Shown here one piece after another: positions 10,160 through 18,548 of a stretch of DNA of 32,239 nucleotides. The stretch is taken from positions 1 through 32,239 of the forward strand of contig JBHLPW010000054.1 of NCBI GenBank assembly GCA_048939015.1. The letters are read 5' to 3'. Source of the DNA: Promethearchaeota archaeon. GTDB lineage: Archaea > Asgardarchaeota > Lokiarchaeia > Sigyniarchaeales > SOKP01. Both the position numbers and the translations under genes were made by a program. The notes beneath the pieces are model-generated. The model had not been told where the DNA came from. It did no database searches and saw only the letters and a list, made by a program, of their open reading frames with translations. Numbering within the stretch: the first letter of the stretch is position 1; every line of letters begins with the position of its first letter.

Positions 10160-10906
10160 TTAATTTAAATCACTAAAGAGTAAAGCGTCAGTAATCAGAA
10201 ATCCAATTTTTAATATAACACTATAATTTTTAGCTTCTAGAAAATCTTTTAGTTCTTCACCTATTTTTTCTAATGTCTTGGTGTCATTTTCATTAGAAAC
10301 AGAATATTTTATGATTGACCTAGCGGATTCGAATTCCTCTTTCATTGAATCTTCAACTGGATTTATCGAAACTTGATCTGCACCAGCAATTTTAGCAATT
10401 TTCTTAATCTCCTCCTCTAAAGAACCAAAAGTAAAATACTCCTTACTCCTAGACAAGAATTTTTCTGAAATTATTTTCTCTAGATTCGCCCTAGCTGTTG
10501 GATCATAAAAAGCTGTCAGTTCATTAGAACAGATTAGCTTATATTTTCCATTAATTAGACTTTCTTTATCCACTATGAACTCGATCAATTTTTCATAATA
10601 TTCTGGATCAATCTTTTGAAAGTTTTCGATATTTCGAACTAAATCCGTCAACTTATCAATTAAATCATAATAAAATTTTAATGACGATTTAATTTCAAGT
10701 TTGTCCTTCATTTCTTTTATTTCAGGATAATACTTTCTTAGAATTAGATTGATTTGTTTGTTAAACTTTGCACAAACTTGAGCTACTTCGTCTACAACTT
10801 TAACAGAATTTCTTTCCAAAAGCTCAACTAAGTGACTTTCTAAACTTGGTAATTCTTCGAATATTTCGTTGATCTTTTGCTTATACTTCTTTTCTATGTA
10901 GCTCAT
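10160..10906 (-). CDS. Hypothetical protein (helical N-terminal part, alpha/beta-like C-terminal part)
   Basis: 248-aa ORF with ATG start and normal composition. No motif recognised. Confidence 0.7.
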   Translation of the reverse strand: MSYIEKKYKQKINEIFEELPSLESHLVELLERNSVKVVDEVAQVCAKFNKQINLILRKYYPEIKEMKDKLEIKSSLKFYYDLIDKLTDLVRNIENFQKIDPEYYEKLIEFIVDKESLINGKYKLICSNELTAFYDPTARANLEKIISEKFLSRSKEYFTFGSLEEEIKKIAKIAGADQVSINPVEDSMKEEFESARSIIKYSVSNENDTKTLEKIGEELKDFLEAKNYSVILKIGFLITDALLFSDLN

Positions 10907-10981
10907 TAATCTATAGAAAAGATAAAAATTTTCCTATATAATGTTATTTTTATCAAATGCAAATATAGAAATAAAAAGAGT

Positions 10982-11004
10982 AAATAAAAAAAGAAAAAAA
11001 AAAA
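10982..11004 (-). terminator. Oligo-T tract downstream of tfb (archaeal-type terminator candidate)
   Basis: A-run aaataaaaaaagaaaaaaaaaaa on + is a poly-T on the minus strand, starting about 35 nt after the tfb stop. Confidence 0.45.
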
Positions 11005-11037
11005 TCACAGATGTTAAAAATTATTGATTTAGTATTT

Positions 11038-11967
11038 TTATGACAATTTGCTTTTTATTTGCTTTGAACGACTTCGGAGAGTTACTTCGGTTACTTTCGC
11101 GACCTCTGAAACTTCTGCTTGAGTCTTTCGGCAATTTCCTGCTTTTGCTGCCATATAAATTACACTTGCGGCTAACCCCTTTGGATCCTTTCCCGTCCGT
11201 AATAATCCATTTTTAGAAGCTTCTACAAGCATATTGATTGCGACTTTCTGGGTCTCCATAGGTAATCCCAAGTCGTTGCCAAATCTAAAAACCAATTGTT
11301 CTGCTGTAATTGGTTTATATTTCAAACTTAACTCAGGAAGTACCTCCTTAACAATCATTCCTAAAGAACGGTGTACAGTTCTTCTGGGAGTCATAGATGC
11401 TTCACATACTTCTTCAAGTAATCTGGGGAATTCATGAACTCTAATCGCGGCATATAAAGCTGCAGCAATGAATCCATCAATCGATCGTCCCATTGTTAAT
11501 TTCTTTTTAGCTACAACACTGTAAATTTTCCAAGCAGTTTCCTTGATATACTCAGGGATATTCATCTTGGAGGTAAGCATTTTTAATTTTGGTTTAGCTT
11601 CCCAGAAATTTCTTTCTATACTTGAGATTAATGAATTTTGTATTTTGGATAATCTTGAGAACAGTGTTTTTCCTTTTGCTCCAATAAGCCTTCCTTTAGA
11701 GTCAATTTTAGTGTTTGGGAGCATAGTTCTTGGTCCAAATTCCCGCCATCTTGGTTCGGTTCGTCTCCTTTTATTTACTTCTTCTACTGTGTAAGCACGG
11801 CGCTCATTTCCAACCAAATTCCTGCTAACAATCATTCCACAATTTAAGCAGACGTTATCTCCATCTCTCGACTCAATACAAGGATTATTGCAACAACTAG
11901 AATCTGAACTACAGGTAAGGGTTTCAGAATCCACCTTTGTTGAACGAAGTCTATCTTTATAGCTCAT
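11038..11967 (-). CDS. tfb: Transcription initiation factor IIB (TFB), divergent N-terminus
   Basis: VCLNCG Zn knuckle, ERNF..A, first cyclin repeat with GRSIDGFIAAALYAAIR, second with GKDPKGLAASVIYMAA and TQAEVSEVAKVTEVTLRSR. Confidence 0.95.
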   Translation of the reverse strand: MSYKDRLRSTKVDSETLTCSSDSSCCNNPCIESRDGDNVCLNCGMIVSRNLVGNERRAYTVEEVNKRRRTEPRWREFGPRTMLPNTKIDSKGRLIGAKGKTLFSRLSKIQNSLISSIERNFWEAKPKLKMLTSKMNIPEYIKETAWKIYSVVAKKKLTMGRSIDGFIAAALYAAIRVHEFPRLLEEVCEASMTPRRTVHRSLGMIVKEVLPELSLKYKPITAEQLVFRFGNDLGLPMETQKVAINMLVEASKNGLLRTGKDPKGLAASVIYMAAKAGNCRKTQAEVSEVAKVTEVTLRSRSKQIKSKLS

Positions 11968-12286
11968 GGGTATTCACTTTTTCCTGTCTTATTTTTTGCG
12001 AATTTGTGAGAGTTAATCAATATTGATACTGATCAATAGAATGTTTCATTCTTTGATTCAAATGATCAGTTTTGTATATAATTGTATCTACAATAAATTA
12101 TAATTTTTATAATTATGTAAATTACTTTGTTATTGACTATGTCTATTTAAGTTACTTCATTATATAAATATTTAACTATACAAAATTGTTATATGTCGCC
12201 GTACAAACGAAACTACGGGGATTTTGGTGGGATTTATAGATTATAAGTGTTCCCGGTGTTTTCATATTTAGTGTTTTAGAAGCGAA

Positions 12287-13588
12287 TTAATTACTTTTTG
12301 ATTCAGTTCTCTTTTTCAGTAATGGGAGTACTTGTGGACCATTGGGTAAAATTAGTATAGAGGCATTCTTTCCGTATTTTTCAAAACAACTCTTGATTGC
12401 ACTCTCAACACTCTCAGCATATTTTAAACCAATATTTCCTATTTCATTTTCCTTTAATTTTGAAACAACAATTATATCTGCTTTCATTAGAACACGGGCT
12501 AGTATCTGGATTTCCCATTGATCGGGAACAACAATTTCTTTCTTAAGGATTTTTTCATAAATAACTCTTGGAGACATTTCAGAAAATAACAAATCCTTAA
12601 ATTTATCTTGTCCAATTCCAATACCATCAACACATTCATTAACTGATATAATTGAACCCCCTTCTTTCACCGCCATTTCTCCTATAGCCATGCTTTTCAC
12701 CGCTTGGTATAAATTAAGATCGAGGGGAAATCCACCATTTCCACATACTACTATATCGTATGGTTCATTTATTTCTCTGAAAATATGTTTTAATTGATAA
12801 TTGACTAGAGTTTCATGAGCATTTTCAAAACTTCCAGAAGCAACCTGAATTATTTCATGATTTTCATTAATGCAAACATTTACAATAAAATCTACTCCTA
12901 CTTTTCTTGAAATTTCAATAGAATGTTGATGTAAGGGATTTTCTTTGAAAATTCCAAATCTAGCAAAAGGAGATGCGATATTTACAGCAGAATGATTATG
13001 TTGGAGTGTTTCAGCACCCGCGATTCCCGGAATTATAGATTTTCTTCCTCCTGCAAATCCAAAAAAGAAATGAGGTTCAACATATCCAGTTAAAATCTTT
13101 AGATCTGCTTCATAATAATGTTTGTTCATGAATATTGGATGATTATCCGAGGTTGTTCCTAAACTAACCATTGAATCTTTATCTGTTGCGATATGATCGA
13201 CTGTCCTAATCTTATTGATAAGATTATTGCCAAGGATTCGTTCCAATTCTTCTTCACGGGAGGTACGATGGAATCCTGTAGCTATAAGAATCATGATTTG
13301 ATCATTATTAATTCCGCAATCGTTTAATTCTGATATCAGGGCTTCAAGAATCAAATGTGAAGGAACTGGTCGAGTAGCATCGCTAGCAATGATACATACT
13401 TTTTCTATAATTTTTTTATTTTCAACAATTTCTTTAAGTTTTAAACTGTTTATTGGGTTATTAATTGATTCTCTAATTTTTTCTACAGGATTATCATAAG
13501 GTTCTCGTTCGGATGGATGGAAAATAGTTACATTCCAATCTGGATCAAGTTTTAATTCAAGACCTTCTTTTCCATAATCTAATTTCAT
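12287..13588 (-). CDS. larA: Nickel-pincer-dependent lactate racemase family protein
   Basis: SDATRPVP, ATGFHR, EPHFFFGFAGGRKSIIPGIAG, GGFPLDLNLYQAVK, EC.DG.G, DQW..Q, ILPNGP. Confidence 0.92.
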   Translation of the reverse strand: MKLDYGKEGLELKLDPDWNVTIFHPSEREPYDNPVEKIRESINNPINSLKLKEIVENKKIIEKVCIIASDATRPVPSHLILEALISELNDCGINNDQIMILIATGFHRTSREEELERILGNNLINKIRTVDHIATDKDSMVSLGTTSDNHPIFMNKHYYEADLKILTGYVEPHFFFGFAGGRKSIIPGIAGAETLQHNHSAVNIASPFARFGIFKENPLHQHSIEISRKVGVDFIVNVCINENHEIIQVASGSFENAHETLVNYQLKHIFREINEPYDIVVCGNGGFPLDLNLYQAVKSMAIGEMAVKEGGSIISVNECVDGIGIGQDKFKDLLFSEMSPRVIYEKILKKEIVVPDQWEIQILARVLMKADIIVVSKLKENEIGNIGLKYAESVESAIKSCFEKYGKNASILILPNGPQVLPLLKKRTESKSN

Positions 13589-13629
13589 ATTGTATTACTA
13601 GATAAATTTTAGGTGATTTTTTAATCCAT

Positions 13630-15525
13630 TTAATGAATTAAATTCTTTGTCAATGAATCATTTTTCTTAATGAAAATTTCATCTATCAATAGATCAAGAG
13701 AAGGAATGTCTGTTAATTGAATTTCCTTGTTTGAACTGTAGAATTTTTCAAAAGAAATCCAAATATCTTCATTACTCTGTATCTCATCGATAAAAGACTG
13801 AAATCTCTGCTGAGCTAGATATGACTGTCCCTTGAATACATAACATATAAAAAATGGTGAAGTAAAGTTCATCAGGAGTGTATGTTCCCCAAAAATAGCT
13901 CGATCGAGCCCTTCAGAGAATTTTTCATTGATAAATGAATTAATAGTAGTAAAGAATCCTCCAAAAAGATGGTCTTCAAATGATAGATCTTCGGTAAATA
14001 ATTTTGAGAATATAGGTATGCCTCCCTCAGTTACAACCAAAAGGAGCACAGGTGCTTCATCAGAAAGTTCAGGGGGTTTTAATGCTCGCATCCTAATCAT
14101 ATCCTCCATCTGTTCATTTACTCGAGCAAATTCCATACGCTCTTTTAATGATGAGCTCGAATCTTTTAGCTTTTCCCACACATTTATCTGTCTAAGAAGT
14201 TTATCATGTTCATTTGAAATTTTAACAGCAAGCAATTTTAAACCATATCTTTCTGCCATTTGTTGAGCTTGAGTTAAGAATTGCTGAGCTTTTTTTATAT
14301 CTAATATTGATAATGATATCTTGGCCTTCAATAGATAAGTTTCACATTGAATCATATATGAGTGTGATTTTTCAGCAACATCTAATAATCGACCAATTAA
14401 TGGGTAGATCTCCTCTAACACTTCTAAATCATTCGTCATGCGTAACTCAATTAAGAGTAATTCACATAAGTTAGTTAGTGCTTTTATAACAAGTTCAAAA
14501 TCAGAATCTTCATCTTCGAGGATTTGTTTTAAAATTTCCTCAGCTTTACTCCGATTGCGGGCTCGGGGACTAATTTTCAATAGTAACGCTTTATTCAAGA
14601 GATAATATAAGTTTACAAGTTTATACTTTTGTTGATTCTTCAATTGCTCAAATTGGTGTTGCATTTGTTGTGCTCGTTCAATTTCGCTCTTATCAATTAA
14701 AGTTTGAATTAAATAAGCCATTGTAAAACATGCAGGAGATTTAAATTCAATTTCATTATAATTATTCAAGCTTTGTTCGTAATATTTAATACTATTGTCT
14801 AATTCTCGTTTAAATCCATAAATAACTCCCATACCCATACTACTCCATCCTATTAACCATTTGTTACCACTTTCCTCGGCATTGGTTAAAGCTTGCTTGC
14901 AATATTTTAAAGCCTGGTCATAATCACCCTTTAAATAGATATATGTCCTGGTAATTGTATCAAGGGAATAAACTGAAAGTATCAAGGCTGAAAGAAAAAA
15001 AAAGGTTTCTTCCTTATCATCAAGTTCTTTTAGCAATGCTAAACTGTGCTCAGAATGCTTTATTGCCTGATCTGCATTCATTATTTGCATATAATACCGT
15101 CCTTTAATATAAGCTAAATTAGCCACTCTAGGCTTGTAATCTGCTGGTGATTCTTGTGATAAGGATTTTAGCAGTTTTTCTGCCTGCCAAATTATATTAA
15201 TAGTTTCATCTAGTCTTTGTGAAAAGAGTAGAGCATGAGTCATTATTAATAAAATATCAAATGATAGGAGGTTATTTCCTAATTTTATACTCTCGTTATA
15301 CGTTTGTTCGGTATATTTTATAACATCTTCATAATATCCTTGTTGGAATGCTCGGTAATATAATAGCTCACACTTGAGGAGATGAATGCAAAGATTACGT
15401 CCGCCTTTTTCCTCAAAATCCTTTATTAATTGATCAGCTTCATCAAGCTTACATTCATTGATAAGTTTTTTTACAAGAATTAATTCCTCAGATTTATCTT
15501 TTTTAGTTATAGATTTTTCATTCAT
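13630..15525 (-). CDS. TPR-repeat protein with a C-terminal longin-like domain
   Basis: TPR motifs such as KGDYDQALKYCKQAL and ELDNSIKYYEQSL. C-terminal ~140-aa domain PVLLLVVTEGGIPIFS...LFGGFFTTINSF...FFICYVFKG. Confidence 0.8.
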   Translation of the reverse strand: MNEKSITKKDKSEELILVKKLINECKLDEADQLIKDFEEKGGRNLCIHLLKCELLYYRAFQQGYYEDVIKYTEQTYNESIKLGNNLLSFDILLIMTHALLFSQRLDETINIIWQAEKLLKSLSQESPADYKPRVANLAYIKGRYYMQIMNADQAIKHSEHSLALLKELDDKEETFFFLSALILSVYSLDTITRTYIYLKGDYDQALKYCKQALTNAEESGNKWLIGWSSMGMGVIYGFKRELDNSIKYYEQSLNNYNEIEFKSPACFTMAYLIQTLIDKSEIERAQQMQHQFEQLKNQQKYKLVNLYYLLNKALLLKISPRARNRSKAEEILKQILEDEDSDFELVIKALTNLCELLLIELRMTNDLEVLEEIYPLIGRLLDVAEKSHSYMIQCETYLLKAKISLSILDIKKAQQFLTQAQQMAERYGLKLLAVKISNEHDKLLRQINVWEKLKDSSSSLKERMEFARVNEQMEDMIRMRALKPPELSDEAPVLLLVVTEGGIPIFSKLFTEDLSFEDHLFGGFFTTINSFINEKFSEGLDRAIFGEHTLLMNFTSPFFICYVFKGQSYLAQQRFQSFIDEIQSNEDIWISFEKFYSSNKEIQLTDIPSLDLLIDEIFIKKNDSLTKNLIH

Positions 15526-15616
15526 AAAAAATCCTCTATTGGAATTCTATTCTTTGAATATAATATACGATAAGAATATCAATTTTATTAATATATTTTA
15601 TATTGCAATAATGTGA

Positions 15617-17350
15617 CTAATTCTTATGAATAATCTCCCTTGCTTTTTCAAAAATATCCGTTGTATTAACGCCAGCAGGACATTTAGTTTGACAAAGTCC
15701 ACATAAAGTACACGTGTGTAAGACTTCTATTATTAAATCGCTTAACTCTAAATCACCATGAACTAAACCGTTTAAAAGACTTAATCGCCCTCTGGGACTA
15801 TAGGTTTCTAAATTAAAATGTATTCTAGATGGACATGAGATACAAAAACCACATCTCATGCATTTTAACTCTAAAGTCTTTTCACTTTGATTTTCAAGGG
15901 TACGTAATTGATTATTAATGTTTAACGAACGAGTATCTCCTTTCCCAATTCCGGGATTTAAGATCATATTCGGATCAAAGAGTTTTTTAATTTGCGCCAT
16001 CAAATCAATTACATCAGATCCATGTTCCAATTCAAGATATGGAGATTTAATTTTTCCAATTCCATGTTCACCAGTTAAAGTTCCACCTGTGGGTATTATT
16101 ATTTCTCTATATAAATAATCAATTGCCTTTTCAAAATCTTTTACATCATTCTCATCATTTTCATTAAATAAAAAGGTAGGATGTAAATTTCCTTCCATAT
16201 GGCAGATAATTGCTACTAATAAGTTTTTAGCACCAATACTTTTAGGAATCTCTTCAATTTTCTTTATAACCTCGGGAAATTCTGAAATCTGAATCGTACA
16301 ATCCTCTACACAAGTATTTGGTCTAATCCTTGAGAGAGCTGGAAGATTCGCTTTTCTAGCCAGAATTAATCGGTCCCTTTCTTCATTATTCATAGCAATT
16401 TTATGGAATATCGGATTTTTTTGAATAATAATATCAAACATTATTGCGAATTCTTCATTAACTTCGATTTCAGAATTTCCATCCACTTCTGCTAATAGAA
16501 CATATCCTGGTGGAAAATCAAAGAATTCACCACCTAAATATTCTGTAACCGCTTTTAATACAATTTTATCCATAAATTCTAATAGATTAGGAACAATCCC
16601 ACTTCTTCGAAGTTCAAGTACTGCATTCGTTAAATTCTCAATCTCTTCAAATATGAATAAACCTAGCTTCCTAGTTTTGGGTAATGGTCTAATTCTTAAG
16701 CCAATTTTCGTAATGACTCCTAAAGTACCTTCGGAACCGATAAATAAATCTTTTATATTATATGAAGAAACTGATTTTAGGACTTTTGAACCAAAATTTA
16801 AAATCTCTCCATTTGGTAGCACTACTTCTAAATACATAATATAATTTTTAGTAACTCCATATTTGAATGCTTGAATTCCACCAGCATTGTTAGCCACCAT
16901 TCCCCCAATAGTTGCAACAGAACTTGAACCAGGATCGGGAGGAAAAAAGTAGCCATAGGGCTTCAAAGTTTCATTTAATTCATCACAAATTACCCCAGGC
17001 TCCACTTCTACAATATTATTTTCAATATTTATTGTAATAATCTTATTCATCATACTTACATCTAAAATTATTCCCCCATAGGGACTTAACGAGCCTGATG
17101 ATAAACTTGTTCCACTACCGCGAGGGGTTACTGGAATTTTATTTTCATTAGCTAATCTTAATATCTCAGAAATTTGGTTAGTATTTCGAGGTATTAATAT
17201 TAAATCTGGAATCCAATTCTTATTGAAAATTGAGCAACCATAAGCATAACTGTATCTTATTTCATAACTATCAAAAAAATAATTTTCTCCAACAACCTTC
17301 TTAAATTTATTTGCTAAATGCTCAGAGATTGTATTATAATGAGATTCCAT
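15617..17350 (-). CDS. FAD-linked 2-hydroxyacid (probably D-lactate/glycolate) dehydrogenase, GlcD-like, fused to a two-[4Fe-4S] domain
   Basis: PRGSGTSLSSG, FFPPDPGS, TIGGMVANNAGG, GSEGTLGVIT, HMEGNLHP, GEHGIG, DPNMILNPG. C-terminal CMRCGFCISCP and CTLCGLCQTKCP. Confidence 0.9.
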   Translation of the reverse strand: MESHYNTISEHLANKFKKVVGENYFFDSYEIRYSYAYGCSIFNKNWIPDLILIPRNTNQISEILRLANENKIPVTPRGSGTSLSSGSLSPYGGIILDVSMMNKIITINIENNIVEVEPGVICDELNETLKPYGYFFPPDPGSSSVATIGGMVANNAGGIQAFKYGVTKNYIMYLEVVLPNGEILNFGSKVLKSVSSYNIKDLFIGSEGTLGVITKIGLRIRPLPKTRKLGLFIFEEIENLTNAVLELRRSGIVPNLLEFMDKIVLKAVTEYLGGEFFDFPPGYVLLAEVDGNSEIEVNEEFAIMFDIIIQKNPIFHKIAMNNEERDRLILARKANLPALSRIRPNTCVEDCTIQISEFPEVIKKIEEIPKSIGAKNLLVAIICHMEGNLHPTFLFNENDENDVKDFEKAIDYLYREIIIPTGGTLTGEHGIGKIKSPYLELEHGSDVIDLMAQIKKLFDPNMILNPGIGKGDTRSLNINNQLRTLENQSEKTLELKCMRCGFCISCPSRIHFNLETYSPRGRLSLLNGLVHGDLELSDLIIEVLHTCTLCGLCQTKCPAGVNTTDIFEKAREIIHKN

Positions 17351-17513
17351 ATTATAAATGTTAAGGGTATCCTTTTATAATAATTAGTTAAACGAGTTTA
17401 GATATATTTTATTCTTTTAAAAATAAGGTTATTTTGGATTTTTTAAAGTTTAAATATGATTAATATATAATGGTTATAGATAGGATTAATTAACGTTTTT
17501 GTGAGAAATTTTA

Positions 17514-17900
17514 ATGAAAATATTAAGAGATTTATGGATTTTAACTGAAGATGGCTTAACATTATTCAGTAGAGTACTTAATCCAAATATGGGACCCCAA
17601 GTATTTGGAGGTTTAATGAGTGCATTGGTTACATTTGCAGAAAATCTTTCTGAGGGGGGAATGAATAAATTTGAACTAAGCAGCATACGTTTCAATATTG
17701 AGAAGAAAAATAAATTCCTTTTTGTCGCAAATACTTCTAATGGTGTTAAACCAAAAAAAGTTATGAAAGAATTAAAAAAAGTTTCAGATCTGTTTTTTAA
17801 AGTATATCCCGAGGATCTTATAAGGAATTGGAGTAGAAATATTAAGAAATTTTCTAATTTTAATGAATATATAAGTGATTCGTTAGAAGAGATAATTTAA
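17514..17900 (+). CDS. Stand-alone longin-like domain protein
   Basis: 128 aa with pattern LWILTEDGLTLFSR (beta-beta), FGGLMSALVTFA (helix), three beta strands ending FLFVANT, then a helix ELKKVSDLFFKVY. This order fits the longin/sedlin-type fold seen in Asgard archaea. Confidence 0.7.
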   Translation: MKILRDLWILTEDGLTLFSRVLNPNMGPQVFGGLMSALVTFAENLSEGGMNKFELSSIRFNIEKKNKFLFVANTSNGVKPKKVMKELKKVSDLFFKVYPEDLIRNWSRNIKKFSNFNEYISDSLEEII

Positions 17901-18006
17901 AAATTTCACAGGTCTGTAGGATAATTTAACTAGTTTAATTCCTTTATATCTCGTCAATTTATTTCTATAATAGTAAAAAATTTAAGACTGATTTGATTTT
18001 TAGATC

Positions 18007-18369
18007 ATGAAAATCAAAATAAGTAACTTACAAAAGGAAAAAAGAATGAACCCCTCAGATAAGAATCAATCAACTGGAAAGGATAAAATTGAAGAACTCC
18101 CACTATCTAATAAAGATCCATTACAAAGTACAAACACTTTGGATTATATGATCAAGAGTTTATCGACACCACGATTCATGGGATCAATTCATATGAGAAA
18201 AGACACTAGTCCTAATCCTAATATAGTCACTAACCTTATCGAAAATGAACTGAAATTGAAGATTTCAAAATCATTAAAAAATACATTATTTAACCCTATT
18301 ACTAAGATTTTAATATTATTAGCAATCATTTTCAATCTTACTTGGTTATTCTTTGTGTATATTTTATAG
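18007..18369 (+). CDS. Hypothetical tail-anchored membrane protein
   Basis: Hydrophilic body with a single C-terminal hydrophobic segment ILILLAIIFNLTWLFFVYIL. The start may be the later ATG (MNPSD). Confidence 0.6.
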   Translation: MKIKISNLQKEKRMNPSDKNQSTGKDKIEELPLSNKDPLQSTNTLDYMIKSLSTPRFMGSIHMRKDTSPNPNIVTNLIENELKLKISKSLKNTLFNPITKILILLAIIFNLTWLFFVYIL

Positions 18370-18548
18370 AAATTAGCTTTAACGTTTATAGAAAATCCAA
18401 CAAAGAAAATTACTTCATTTTAGTTTAATTATCTAAATTTGAATTCTCCTTAATAAATTTAAAAGGTATTTATATTTGTTAAGATTAGATTTTAATATTC
18501 AACACTATTATGTGTAATAATAATTTCACTTGAAAGGTTTTTAGACAG

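Noticed and set aside
8252-11794. ORFs 8252..8449, 9143..9472, 11234..11437 and 11543..11794
   Set aside because: Antisense shadows inside proS, the UroD-family gene and tfb.
12000-12286. tRNA, SECIS, hammerhead or C/D-box RNA in the tfb-larA spacer
   Set aside because: No cloverleaf. CTGATCA does not match the hammerhead CUGANGA core or box C. No in-frame TGA selenoprotein candidate is adjacent.
13928-17695. ORFs 13928..14266, 15918..16118, 16653..16844 and 17486..17695
   Set aside because: Antisense shadows of the TPR, dehydrogenase and longin-like genes.
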